A DNA stretch of 64,000 nucleotides from Chitinophagaceae bacterium (GCA_004173235.1 SEAC01000020.1:84678-148677); one strand, 5' to 3'. Positions 17,885-27,793 are shown, counted from the first letter of the stretch. Numbers and translations: made by a program. The notes: generated by a model from the letters alone, not told the origin.

Positions 17885-17911
17885 ACCTCAAAACAAGCGA
17901 ATAACATCCTC

Positions 17912-18241
17912 ATGGATATCCGATACTACATTTTTCTCTCCATCGCGCTGTTCGTCACCGGCATCATCGGTGTGCTCACGCGTCGCAATGCCATCGTCAT
18001 CTTCATGTGCATTGAGCTGATGCTGAATGCTGTGAATCTGCTGCTGGTGGCTTTTTCGAAGATGCACTATAAGGCGCTCGCCGCCACGAACCCTACGGCG
18101 GGCACCGACGGACAACTGTTCGTGTTCTTCATCATGGTGGTTGCCGCAGCTGAAGTAAGCGTCGGCCTGGCTATCATCGTGATGCTATACCGCAACACGC
18201 GCTCGGTAGATATTAACTTTCTGAATCGTCTTAAACATTAA
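17912..18241 (+). CDS. nuoK: NADH-quinone oxidoreductase subunit K
   Basis: [32 protein letters not shown]. Confidence 0.96.
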   Translation: MDIRYYIFLSIALFVTGIIGVLTRRNAIVIFMCIELMLNAVNLLLVAFSKMHYKALAATNPTAGTDGQLFVFFIMVVAAAEVSVGLAIIVMLYRNTRSVDINFLNRLKH

Positions 18242-18313
18242 TTCAAAAGGCGAAAGTCAAAATTCAAAAACCGGTTCGTTGCAAACGCTTTTGACTTTTG
18301 ACTTTTGAATTTT
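18241..18313. repeat. AAAGTCA/TTTTGAC heptamer inverted-repeat element (nuoK-nuoL)
   Basis: ATTCAAAAGGCGAAAGTCAAAATTCAAAAA ... TTTTGACTTTTGACTTTTGAATTTT. Confidence 0.9.
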
Positions 18314-18321
18314 CCTTCGTC

Positions 18322-20226
18322 ATGAAGAATCTGATCGCACTCATACCGCTTCTACCCCTCGCCGGTTTCCTCATCAACGGGCTTGGGCGTAATTTCCTGT
18401 CGAAGGGCCTCGTGAGCATCATCGGCTCCGGCACCGTGCTCGGCTCCTTCATCATCAGCTGCATGCTTTTCTCGCGGGGCGAGTTCTCGAGCGTTCCCTA
18501 CAAGTACTTCGACTTCATCAACGTCGGCACGCTGCACATCCCCTTCGCATTCCAGATCGACCAGCTGTCGACCCTGTTCCTGCTGATCATCACGGGCGTG
18601 GGCTTCCTCATCCACGTGTACTCCACGGCTTATATGCACGAAGAGAACCGCGGGCACTTCGGCCGCTACTTCGCGTACCTCAATCTCTTCGTATTCTCGA
18701 TGCTCCTGCTGGTGATGGGCGCCAACTACCTGATCATGTTCATCGGCTGGGAAGGCGTGGGCCTTTGCTCTTACCTGCTCATCGGCTACTGGTTCAAAAA
18801 CATCGATTACACCAAGGCGGCAAAAAAGGCCTTCGTGATGAACCGCATCGGCGACCTCGGCTTCCTCCTCGCACTCTTCTGGATGCTGCAGCGATTCGGC
18901 ACACTATCGTACCACGAGCTGTTCAGCGCCAATGGCATCATCGCCTCACTACACACGCTCGATACCACCGATATCGTAGGCATCACATTGCTCCTCTTCG
19001 TGGGCGCAACGGGTAAGAGCGCACAGATCCCGCTCTACACCTGGCTCCCCGACGCCATGGCAGGTCCAACGCCCGTGTCGGCGCTGATCCACGCCGCAAC
19101 GATGGTGACCGCAGGCATTTACATGATCGCGCGCAGCAACATCCTGTATAACCTTGCGCCCTCCACTCTTACCGTGATCGCTTATGTGGGTGGTGCTACC
19201 GCGCTTCTCGCAGCCACCATCGCCGTGAAGCAGAACGATATCAAAAAGGTACTCGCTTATTCCACCGTGAGCCAGCTCGGATACATGTTCCTCGCCCTCG
19301 GCACCGGCGCTTACGTTGCCGGCGTCTTCCACGTGATGACGCACGCATTCTTCAAGGCGCTGCTGTTCCTCGGCTCCGGCTCTGTGATCCACGCTATGAG
19401 CGGCCAGCAGGATATCCGTTTCATGGGCGGCCTGCGCAAGAAACTCAAGATCACCTATCTCACTTTCCTCATTGGTTGCATTGCCATCGCCGGCATCCCG
19501 CCATTCAGCGGCTTCTTCTCCAAAGACGCCATCCTGCTCAGCGCATTCGAACACGAAAAGTTTCTCTGGGTAGTGGGCCTGCTTACCGCAGCACTCACCG
19601 CTTTCTATATGTTCCGCCTGCTCTTTGTTACGTTCAACGGTTCCTTCCGCGGCACCGAGGAGCAGCGTCATCATGTGCATGAAAGCCCCGCAGCAATGAC
19701 CATCCCGCTCATCGTGCTGGCCATCCTCTCGATCGTTGGCGGGTTTGTGGGCGTGCCCGAAGTGTTTGCAGAAGGAGGGGAGCGGCTCGCTGCTTTCCTC
19801 TCGCCGGTGATCGCGCAGCACCACGGGAATGTGGAGCATGCAGGCGTATCGCACGGTACCGAGCTGGCGCTGATGGCCGGCACCACGATTCTTGCGCTGC
19901 TTGCCATCGGGTTTGCATGGTTCCGCTACCGCAACTACCGCGAAGAACAGAACGGCGCGTTTGGAAAAGTGCTGGAGAACAAATGGTATGTGGATGAACT
20001 CTACGATTCGGTGATCGTAAAACCGCTCAACGGGCTCGGTCGCTTTGCCGATGTGTTCATCGAACGCAGCGGCATCGATGCACTCGTAAACGGGGTGGGC
20101 CGCGCGGTGAACTATGGTGGTCGCCAACTACGCTGGCTGCAAAGCGGGCAGGTAGGAAGCTACGTGCTGTTGATGGTGATCTCGATGGTGTTGTTCTTTG
20201 TGATGGAATTCTTTCTAAAAAAGTAA
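18322..20226 (+). CDS. nuoL: NADH-quinone oxidoreductase subunit L
   Basis: GWEGVGLCSYLLIGYW, KSAQIPLYTWLPDAMAGPTPVSALIHAATMV; ATG 18322. Confidence 0.97.
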   Translation: MKNLIALIPLLPLAGFLINGLGRNFLSKGLVSIIGSGTVLGSFIISCMLFSRGEFSSVPYKYFDFINVGTLHIPFAFQIDQLSTLFLLIITGVGFLIHVYSTAYMHEENRGHFGRYFAYLNLFVFSMLLLVMGANYLIMFIGWEGVGLCSYLLIGYWFKNIDYTKAAKKAFVMNRIGDLGFLLALFWMLQRFGTLSYHELFSANGIIASLHTLDTTDIVGITLLLFVGATGKSAQIPLYTWLPDAMAGPTPVSALIHAATMVTAGIYMIARSNILYNLAPSTLTVIAYVGGATALLAATIAVKQNDIKKVLAYSTVSQLGYMFLALGTGAYVAGVFHVMTHAFFKALLFLGSGSVIHAMSGQQDIRFMGGLRKKLKITYLTFLIGCIAIAGIPPFSGFFSKDAILLSAFEHEKFLWVVGLLTAALTAFYMFRLLFVTFNGSFRGTEEQRHHVHESPAAMTIPLIVLAILSIVGGFVGVPEVFAEGGERLAAFLSPVIAQHHGNVEHAGVSHGTELALMAGTTILALLAIGFAWFRYRNYREEQNGAFGKVLENKWYVDELYDSVIVKPLNGLGRFADVFIERSGIDALVNGVGRAVNYGGRQLRWLQSGQVGSYVLLMVISMVLFFVMEFFLKK

Positions 20227-20251
20227 TTCCTCGCCTTCGCTCGGAATGGCA
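20226..20251. repeat. REP-like palindrome (reverse complement TGCCATTCCGAGCGAAGGCGAGGAAT)
   Basis: ATTCC...GGAAT stem with a TCGC/TCG loop; followed by a lone TTTTGACTTTTGAATT heptamer arm (about 20274-20290). Confidence 0.65.
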
Positions 20252-20302
20252 AAACGATGGCGGCAAGCTGCCTTTTGACTTTTGAATTGAATTGACTGTA
20301 TT

Positions 20303-21778
20303 ATGACCGTATTACTACTGTTCCTTCTTCCGCTCATCGGCGGCCTCGTCACCTTCGCTTTGAAGGATGCGAAGCTGGCGCGCGGCTGGGCGCTGCTCGT
20401 AGCTTTCGCCGTGATGGCGCTTTCGCTTGCCGGCTTCGCAGCACTCCGCTCCGGTGAAACGCTTGCATTCAACGCACCCTGGCTCGGCTCGCTTGGCTCT
20501 TCGTTCAGCCTTTCGCTGGATGGACTTTCCGGCATCCTCACCCTGCTCACGGGCGTAGCGTATCCCATCATCCTGCTGGCTACGTGGAAGACGGACTACC
20601 GCAAGGCCGCCAACTTCTTCGGGCTGATGCTGCTCACGCAGGCCGGCCTGATGGGCGTGTTCCTCGCCACCGACGCGCTGCTGTTCTACTTCTTCTGGGA
20701 GCTCGCGCTTATCCCCGTCTACTTCCTCTGCTCGGGCTGGGGCAACGAGCGCCGCATTCCTGTTACGTTCAAGTTCTTCATCTATACGTTCCTCGGTTCG
20801 GTGATCATGCTCATCGCACTGCTGTATCTCTATGCGCAAACACCCGACAGCTCTTTCGCCATGCAGGCGTTTTACAAGCTGCGCCTGAGCAACGGCTCGC
20901 AAAGCTTCCTGTTCTGGATGCTCTTCGTCGCGTTTGCGGTGAAGATGCCGATCTTCCCTTTCCACACCTGGCAGCCCGACACCTACGAGCAATCGCCCAC
21001 GGCGGTGACGATGGTGCTCAGCGGCCTGATGGTGAAGATGGGCGTGTTTGGCGTGCTGCGCTGGGTGCTGCCCGTGGTGCCCAATGCCGCGTTCATCTGG
21101 GGTGATGTGGTAATGAGCCTTTGCGTCATTGGCATCATCTACGCTTCACTCATCGCGCTGCAGCAGGACGATCTCAAGCGCCTCGTCGCCTATTCTTCCA
21201 TCGCCCACATCGGGCTGATGGGTGCGGCCATTTTTGCGGAGACCCGCACCGGTCTGCAGGGCGTGCTCATCCAGCTCTTTCACCACGGCATCAACATCAT
21301 CGGTCTCTGGATCGTAGTGGAGCTGATCGAGCGCCGCTTCGGCACGCGCAAGCTTTCCGAGCTCGGAGGCATCGCGCACAAAGCACCAGCGCTCACCATT
21401 TTGCTGGTGGTAGTTGCCTTCGCCAACATTTCCCTGCCGCTTACCAATTCCTTCCCGGGTGAGTTCCTGATGTTCAACGGCATCTGGAGCTCGGGAGGAA
21501 CGAAATACAATGTGCTCTTCACCGTGCTGGCTGCAACGAGCATCATCCTGGGAGCGGCTTACACGCTCAAGATGGTGCAGCGCGTTTTCTTCGGTGCCGC
21601 CAACGAGCGCACCGAGGCTGGCTATCGCCTGCAGACGCCCGAAACGGTGGCACTGCTGCTGGTGGTGGGAATGATCCTTTGGTTCGGCTTCTACCCGCAG
21701 CCCCTCATCAGCGCAACTGAAGGCTTTGTGAACGGCCTGCTGAAAGTGGCCAATTATTCAAACTTTGTAGTACGATAA
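20303..21778 (+). CDS. nuoM: NADH-quinone oxidoreductase subunit M
   Basis: FFWELALIP, VKMPIFPFHTW, KRLVAYSSIAH, FPGEF. Confidence 0.96.
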   Translation: MTVLLLFLLPLIGGLVTFALKDAKLARGWALLVAFAVMALSLAGFAALRSGETLAFNAPWLGSLGSSFSLSLDGLSGILTLLTGVAYPIILLATWKTDYRKAANFFGLMLLTQAGLMGVFLATDALLFYFFWELALIPVYFLCSGWGNERRIPVTFKFFIYTFLGSVIMLIALLYLYAQTPDSSFAMQAFYKLRLSNGSQSFLFWMLFVAFAVKMPIFPFHTWQPDTYEQSPTAVTMVLSGLMVKMGVFGVLRWVLPVVPNAAFIWGDVVMSLCVIGIIYASLIALQQDDLKRLVAYSSIAHIGLMGAAIFAETRTGLQGVLIQLFHHGINIIGLWIVVELIERRFGTRKLSELGGIAHKAPALTILLVVVAFANISLPLTNSFPGEFLMFNGIWSSGGTKYNVLFTVLAATSIILGAAYTLKMVQRVFFGAANERTEAGYRLQTPETVALLLVVGMILWFGFYPQPLISATEGFVNGLLKVANYSNFVVR

Positions 21779-21781
21779 GAT

Positions 21782-23155
21782 ATGAACGCACTTCTTTTTT
21801 CGGCGATCAGCGGTGTCCTGATGATGTTCAGCGGAATTTCGGTGAAGCGCAATGCAACCGTGCGCGGACTCGCCATCGTGCTGCTGCTGGTTGTGCTTGC
21901 CGGCACCATCCTCGACCTGCAGGGCGTGCGGCTATTGCACATCAACACCGAGGGGATGCTGGGCTTCAGCCGATTCTCGTCGCTGTTCATGCTGGTGGCC
22001 GTGGTTTCCACACTTGCTTATTTTCTTCTGTCCGCGCGCGACATGGAAGCGGTGGGCAATCACTACAGCGAATATTTTGCACTCATCTTTTTCATTCTCA
22101 CCGGTGTGGCCATGACCGCCGGTTTCCAGTCTTTGCTCATTCTCTTCCTCGGCATCGAAGTGCTTTCCATTCCACTTTACATCCTTGCAGGCGCCGAAAA
22201 GAACAACCTCAAAAGCAACGAGGCGGCACTCAAATATTTCCTCATGGGTTCGTTCTCCACCGGCTTGCTGCTGATGGGCATTGCACTCGTGTACGGCGCA
22301 ACGGGCACGTTCGCTACGGTGCCCTTCACACCTGCTGACGGCAAGGTTCCCGTGCTGCTTACTACCGGCATGATGATGCTCCTGTTCGGGCTTTCTTTCA
22401 AAGTGTCGGCGGCGCCGTTCCACTTCTGGACGCCTGACGTATACGATGGATCTCCAACCGTATTCACATCATTTATGGCAACGGTTGTGAAAGCTGCCGG
22501 CTTCATTGCGTTCATGCGTCTTTTCAACGATGCTTTCTCCAACATCGCGCCGCAGTGGAAGCTGCTGGTTGCGGTGATTGTGGCGGTAACGCTCTTCGTG
22601 GGCAACATAACGGCGGTGTTCCAGCAAAGTGTAAAGCGGATGCTGGCCTATTCGTCCATTGCGCAGGCGGGCTTTATGATGATGGCCGTGTACGCACTCA
22701 ACAGCGACGCGCAGGATGGATTGATCCTCTATGCGGCTGCTTATTCTTTTGCCACCATCGGCATCTTCGCCGTGCTGATCCGCATGAAAGACCAGAGCTT
22801 TGAAGGCTTCAACGGCTTTGCGCGCCAGCAACCGCTGCTCGCTGCCACGCTGGTAGTGTTCCTGCTATCGCTGGCAGGCATTCCGCTAACGGCAGGCTTC
22901 CTTTCTAAATTGTACATGCTGCGCGCAACCATGCAGGCCGGCTCGCTGGCACTGCCGCTCTTTGCGGTGCTGATGGCCGCCATCTCGGTATATTATTATT
23001 TCCGCCTGCTGCAGGCCATGTATTTCCGCGAAGGCAACAGCGGTGCCACCCTCCAGGTAACCGGCGGCTTCAAAGTGACACTGGTGCTGCTGGCCGCCGC
23101 AACGATCCTCCTGGGTGTGTTTCCGGAGCTGCTTACGCAGTGGCTTTACTTCTAA
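21782..23155 (+). CDS. nuoN: NADH-quinone oxidoreductase subunit N
   Basis: EAALKYF, FKVSAAPFHFWTPDVYDG, KRMLAYSSIAQ, SLAGIPLTAGF. Confidence 0.96.
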   Translation: MNALLFSAISGVLMMFSGISVKRNATVRGLAIVLLLVVLAGTILDLQGVRLLHINTEGMLGFSRFSSLFMLVAVVSTLAYFLLSARDMEAVGNHYSEYFALIFFILTGVAMTAGFQSLLILFLGIEVLSIPLYILAGAEKNNLKSNEAALKYFLMGSFSTGLLLMGIALVYGATGTFATVPFTPADGKVPVLLTTGMMMLLFGLSFKVSAAPFHFWTPDVYDGSPTVFTSFMATVVKAAGFIAFMRLFNDAFSNIAPQWKLLVAVIVAVTLFVGNITAVFQQSVKRMLAYSSIAQAGFMMMAVYALNSDAQDGLILYAAAYSFATIGIFAVLIRMKDQSFEGFNGFARQQPLLAATLVVFLLSLAGIPLTAGFLSKLYMLRATMQAGSLALPLFAVLMAAISVYYYFRLLQAMYFREGNSGATLQVTGGFKVTLVLLAAATILLGVFPELLTQWLYF

Positions 23156-23286
23156 AGCGGAAGTCGGAAGCAAACGTTCGACGTTGCCACTTACAAAAAT
23201 TACTATTTGCCCCGCAGCGGAGCGGGGCTTTTTCTTGTCCAAGCGGTAATGCAAAACTTCCCACTTCCAACTTCCCAACTTAACTT
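23155..23286. repeat. GAAGYNG/ACTTCC heptamer inverted-repeat arms flanking the nuo terminator
   Basis: AAGCGG AAGTCGG AAGCAAA ... AACTTCC CACTTCC AACTTCC CAACTT. Confidence 0.7.
23209..23233 (+). terminator. Rho-independent terminator of the nuo operon
   Basis: GCCCCGC-AGCGGA-GCGGGGC-TTTTT. Confidence 0.8.
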
Positions 23287-23295
23287 ACAGGCGTC

Positions 23296-24573
23296 ATGAG
23301 GCTAACCGACGTGTACTCTCTCGCTTCCCGCACCGTGCGCGGCAACAAGCTGCGCACAGGCATTACCGTTGCCATCATCGCCATGGGCATCTGGGCGCTC
23401 ATCTTCATCATCACCTGCATCCAGGCCATGAGCCAGAAGTTTACCGAGAGCTTTTCCACGATGGGCGCCAACGGTTTTACGGTGCGTTACAAAGAGCGCA
23501 ACGTGCAGTTTGGCGGGGGCAACAACAACGACCTCAAGGTGTCGAAGAAGGGAGGCCGCCGGCAGAAGAAATCCTCGCTGGGCAAGCCCATCACGCAGGA
23601 GCAGGCAGAAGGCTTCGCACGTGCCTATCACTTTCCCGCATCTGTTGGCCTGTCCACCTTCGCTTCGCGCAATGCCATCATCAACAACGGCACGCGCAAA
23701 ACAACGCCCAACGTATTTCTTTTCGGTGCCGATGAAAACTATACCGCGCTCAACGGCTTCACGCTGCATAGCGGTCGCAACTTCGGCCGCCAGGAGGTGC
23801 AAAGCGCGCAGAACGTTTGCCTGCTCGGCTACGACGTTGCCAAGCGCCTCTTCAAGCCCCGCATGGAAAGCGCGGTAGGAGCGGTGGTGCGCGTCAACGG
23901 CATTCCGTTCCGCGTTGTGGGGATACTGGGGAGCCGCGGATCGTCGTTCGGGTTCAGTCGCGATAACATCGTGATCGTGAGCTACAAGGCCGTGCGCCGC
24001 TACTTCGACCCCAACGGATCTTTTGCCATCGGCGTGCTTGTCAACGACCTCCACCAGGTGGAGGAAGCCATGGGAGAGGCCGAAGGCGTGTTTCGGCCCG
24101 TGCGCCACCTGAGCACCACCGAAGAAAGCAACTTCGTGATCGACCGCAGCGACAGCATTGCCGAGAAGGCGATGAACAGCCTGGGCTTTCTCACCATATC
24201 GGCCACCGTTATCGGCATCATCACGCTTATCGGCGCCGCCATCGGTTTGATGAACATCATGCTCGTGGCCGTAACGGAACGCACCAAAGAGGTGGGACTG
24301 GTAAAGGCCATCGGCGGAAAGAGCCGCACCGTGCGCATGCAGTTTTTGTTCGAGTCGTTGATCATCAGCGTGCTCGGCGCAATCTTCGGCATCATCATTG
24401 GAATCCTCACGGGCAACATCGTGGCGATTGCGATGGGCACGGGTTTCGTGGTGCCGTGGAATTGGGTGCTGCTGGGCATCATCATCTGCAGCGGCGTGGG
24501 CCTGCTGGCAGGATTGTATCCGGCGCTGAAGGCCGGACGCCTCAACCCGATAGAGGCGCTTCGCTACGAATGA
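23296..24573 (+). CDS. ABC transporter permease, MacB/FtsX family
   Basis: NKLRTGITVAIIAMG, MNIMLVAVTERTKEVGL, YPALKAGRLNPIEALRYE. Confidence 0.93.
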   Translation: MRLTDVYSLASRTVRGNKLRTGITVAIIAMGIWALIFIITCIQAMSQKFTESFSTMGANGFTVRYKERNVQFGGGNNNDLKVSKKGGRRQKKSSLGKPITQEQAEGFARAYHFPASVGLSTFASRNAIINNGTRKTTPNVFLFGADENYTALNGFTLHSGRNFGRQEVQSAQNVCLLGYDVAKRLFKPRMESAVGAVVRVNGIPFRVVGILGSRGSSFGFSRDNIVIVSYKAVRRYFDPNGSFAIGVLVNDLHQVEEAMGEAEGVFRPVRHLSTTEESNFVIDRSDSIAEKAMNSLGFLTISATVIGIITLIGAAIGLMNIMLVAVTERTKEVGLVKAIGGKSRTVRMQFLFESLIISVLGAIFGIIIGILTGNIVAIAMGTGFVVPWNWVLLGIIICSGVGLLAGLYPALKAGRLNPIEALRYE

Positions 24574-24702
24574 GGCCCGGCGCGGGTTTCCTGCCATCAA
24601 AAAAAATGCAACCTTGTTAACAATTGAACCGTTTTTTGCTTAGAATTGTGACCTCTTAATCGTTAGTTCAATATTCATCTCAAAAAATCTAAAAACAGAA
24701 TC

Positions 24703-25563
24703 ATGGCTGATCAAAGACCCGCTGCAACTGCAACTTCCACAAAGGCTACCTCCGTGCAGCCGAAACGCAGCAGCAACATCATCTCGTGGCTGGCGCCCAT
24801 CATTTGCATCATTGTAGGTTATATCATCTGGCGCTATGGCATGGGTAATGCAGACGGTTTCCGTGAGCCCGCCGCAACCGGCGGATTCTGGCCCGAGCAT
24901 AAACACCCGAAGACCGCATTCAACCGTATCTATGAAGGTGGTATCATCGTTCCCCTGCTGATCGGTATGCTGCTTATGGTGATCACGTTCTCCATCGAGC
25001 GCTTCCTCACCATCAGCCGCGCACTGGGTTCGGGCAACATCGCCGACTTCATCCGCAAGGTGCAGTATCACCTCGCCAACCGCAACGTAGACGCAGCAAT
25101 CGCCGAGTGCGACAAGCAGCGTGGCTCGGTAGCCAACGTAATGAAGGCCGGTCTCCGTCGCTACAAGGAAATGATCAGCGAAGGTGGTCTCGATACGGAG
25201 CAGAAAGTAATGTCCATCCAAAAGGAAGTTGAAGAAGCTACGGCCCTCGAACTTCCGATGCTGCAGAAGAACCTCGTGTTCCTTTCCACCATCACTTCGG
25301 TTGGTACGCTCATCGCCCTACTCGGTACGGTAATCGGTATGATCAAATCGTTCTCCGCCCTCGGTGACTCGGGTGGTGGCAACGCAGCCGACCTCGCCGT
25401 TGGTATCTCGGAAGCCCTGTACAACACCGCCCTCGGTATCGGTACGTCGGCGCTCGCCCTGATCATGTACAACGTGTTTACTACCAAGATCGACAGCATC
25501 ACTTACGGCATCGATGAGTCTGGCTTCACGCTGACGCAAAGCTTTGCATCGCTTTACAAATAA
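24703..25563 (+). CDS. exbB: MotA/TolQ/ExbB proton channel protein
   Basis: TLIALLGTVIGMIKSF, ISEALYNTALG. Confidence 0.92.
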   Translation: MADQRPAATATSTKATSVQPKRSSNIISWLAPIICIIVGYIIWRYGMGNADGFREPAATGGFWPEHKHPKTAFNRIYEGGIIVPLLIGMLLMVITFSIERFLTISRALGSGNIADFIRKVQYHLANRNVDAAIAECDKQRGSVANVMKAGLRRYKEMISEGGLDTEQKVMSIQKEVEEATALELPMLQKNLVFLSTITSVGTLIALLGTVIGMIKSFSALGDSGGGNAADLAVGISEALYNTALGIGTSALALIMYNVFTTKIDSITYGIDESGFTLTQSFASLYK

Positions 25564-25626
25564 GCGGAGCTTGTTTTGTGGAAATCGTGAGCAACCAGCA
25601 TCTTATCAATCAAATTTTCTCTCAAC

Positions 25627-26289
25627 ATGCCAAGTGTTAAAATTCCCAGGAAAAGTACCGATACGGATATGACGCCCTTCGTGGATGTGGCGTTCCTGAT
25701 CCTGTCGTTCTTCATGCTGGCGACCAAATTCAAACCACCGGAGCCGGTAGAGATTACGACCCCGAATTCGGTGTCGACGATCAAGCTCGGCGAGCACGAT
25801 GCCATCCTGGTGGCGATGGACCCCAAGGGCCGCGTATTCTTCGACTTCATGCCGAAGGATGGTCCTGGTCAAAGCAAGAAGTACGATCTTATCAAGAACG
25901 TCAACCAGGGCCGCAACCTCGGCCTGACGGAAGCCGAAATGCGCGAGTTTGCGAAGCCCGGCCCCGTAGGCGTTCCGTTTACCAACCTCAAGCAGGTTCT
26001 GTCCGGACAGGCCACTAACCCCAACAGCTGGCCCGGCATCCCGGTGAAAGACTCCGCTACCAACGAGCTGGTGTACTGGATCCGCGACGCGGTGACGCTG
26101 CTGGCCGGTCAGCAGGTAGACTATATGATCAAAGGCGACAACAGCTCGAAGTACCCTGATTTCAAGAACGTGCTCGAGGCTTTCAAGCGCAATGATATCT
26201 ACAAGTTCAAGCTCGTGACGATGCCCGAAGAAGCGCCGGCCGGAAGCCCGCTTTCGCTGGAGCGCGCCTCAGGCAAGACGACGGAGTAA
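25627..26289 (+). CDS. exbD: Biopolymer transporter ExbD
   Basis: DMTPFVDVAFLILSFFML. Confidence 0.9.
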   Translation: MPSVKIPRKSTDTDMTPFVDVAFLILSFFMLATKFKPPEPVEITTPNSVSTIKLGEHDAILVAMDPKGRVFFDFMPKDGPGQSKKYDLIKNVNQGRNLGLTEAEMREFAKPGPVGVPFTNLKQVLSGQATNPNSWPGIPVKDSATNELVYWIRDAVTLLAGQQVDYMIKGDNSSKYPDFKNVLEAFKRNDIYKFKLVTMPEEAPAGSPLSLERASGKTTE

Positions 26290-26319
26290 ACCCAATCATT
26301 CAACCCAAAAGCAAAGAAA

Positions 26320-26883
26320 ATGGCAAGTATAGATACCGGTGGAGATGGCGGCCATAAGAAAGGCCCGGGCGTCAAGAAAGCGAAGAAGCTGTCCACCCGC
26401 GTGGACATGACGCCGATGGTAGACCTGGGCTTCCTCCTGATCACCTTCTTCATCTTTACCACCACCATGAGCACGCCGGCAGCAATGTCGCTGTTCATGC
26501 CGAAGGATACCGACAAGCCGGAGGAGCAGAACAAAGCGAAGGAGTCGGGCGCCCTCACCATCATGCTGGGCAACGACAACCACGTGTACTACTACGAAGG
26601 CCAGCTCACTCCCGACGCGTCGAACTTCAAAACGACCTCGTTCGACCCGGAGAAAGGCATCCGCTCGGTGATCATGCAAAAGAAGCGCACGACGCCTCCC
26701 GAAGACATCGTGATCGTGATCAAGCCGAACGAGCAGGCATCGTATAAGAACACCGTGGATATCCTCGACGAAATGACGATCGCCAACATCAAGCGTTTTG
26801 CGCTGATCGACATTACGCCCCAGGAAAACATGCTCGTGCATGCTACCGAAGGCACGCCGATGCCAGCCGGAAGCCCACAATAA
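26320..26883 (+). CDS. exbD: Biopolymer transporter ExbD (second copy)
   Basis: DMTPMVDLGFLLITFFIFTT, YKNTVDILDEM. Confidence 0.9.
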   Translation: MASIDTGGDGGHKKGPGVKKAKKLSTRVDMTPMVDLGFLLITFFIFTTTMSTPAAMSLFMPKDTDKPEEQNKAKESGALTIMLGNDNHVYYYEGQLTPDASNFKTTSFDPEKGIRSVIMQKKRTTPPEDIVIVIKPNEQASYKNTVDILDEMTIANIKRFALIDITPQENMLVHATEGTPMPAGSPQ

Positions 26884-26943
26884 TGGTCCCAATGTTGTGG
26901 AATGTGTCCCCTGGGCGCATCTCACTAAAAACAAAAACAACTA

Positions 26944-27750
26944 ATGGAAGCAAATAAGATTCTGAGTGCGGACATCCTCGACATCGTGTTCGAGAACCGC
27001 AACAAGGAGTACGGGGCGTACGAGCTGCGCCGGGCTTACAACAAGCGGATCACGACGGCCTTGCTGGCTACCGCCGCGCTGTTGATCCTCGGCCTGGTGG
27101 CTTCGTTCATCTCCAAGCAGCTCGACAACGGCCCCGCCGAGATCGAGGTGAAAGACGTGCAGCTGGAGAAGATCGAGCAGCCCGAAGAGAAGAAGCCCGA
27201 GCCGCCACCGCCACCGCCGCCCAAGACCGAGCCGCCACCGAAAGTGGAAATGACCAAGTTCACACCTCCCAAGATCGTTAAGGATGAAGAGGTGAAGAAA
27301 GAAGACATTCCGCCGGAAGTAGAGAAGCTCGAAGACACCAAGATCGACGTAGTAAACCAGGAAGGCGTGAAGCAGGACGTAGCCGTTCCTCCCGTGGATG
27401 AAAACAAAGGCGTGGTTGCTGCCCCGAAAGACGAGACCAACTACGACCAGACCTTTACCAAGGTGGAAGTGGATGCCGGCCAGCCGGGCAACTGGGGTTC
27501 TTACCTCCAGCGCACGCTGCAGGCTCCCGGTGATGCCCCTCCGGGCTCCTACACGGTGCGTGTTCGCTTCGTGGTGGACAAGGAAGGCAACGTGAGCGAT
27601 GTGGACGCCCTCAACGACCCCGGTTACGGGATGGCTGAAGAAGCCGTTCGCGCCGTGAAAAAGGGACCGAAGTGGACGCCCGCCATCCAGAACGGCCGCC
27701 AGGTGAAAGCCTACCGCACGCAGCCGATCACGTTCATGATCTCCGAATAA
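26944..27750 (+). CDS. tonB: Energy transducer TonB
   Basis: ILDIVFENRNKEYGAYELR, poly-Pro linker, VRFVVDKEG, WTPAIQNG. Confidence 0.92.
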   Translation: MEANKILSADILDIVFENRNKEYGAYELRRAYNKRITTALLATAALLILGLVASFISKQLDNGPAEIEVKDVQLEKIEQPEEKKPEPPPPPPPKTEPPPKVEMTKFTPPKIVKDEEVKKEDIPPEVEKLEDTKIDVVNQEGVKQDVAVPPVDENKGVVAAPKDETNYDQTFTKVEVDAGQPGNWGSYLQRTLQAPGDAPPGSYTVRVRFVVDKEGNVSDVDALNDPGYGMAEEAVRAVKKGPKWTPAIQNGRQVKAYRTQPITFMISE

Positions 27751-27769
27751 TCGCATCGGTTTTATACCC

Positions 27770-27793
27770 GTAGAGACGCACCATGTGCGTCTC
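27770..27793 (+). repeat. GTAG-type REP followed by a T tract (probable exbBD-tonB terminator)
   Basis: GTAGAGACGCACCATGTGCGTCTC then TTTTTTTT; same unit as the 11930 array. Confidence 0.9.
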
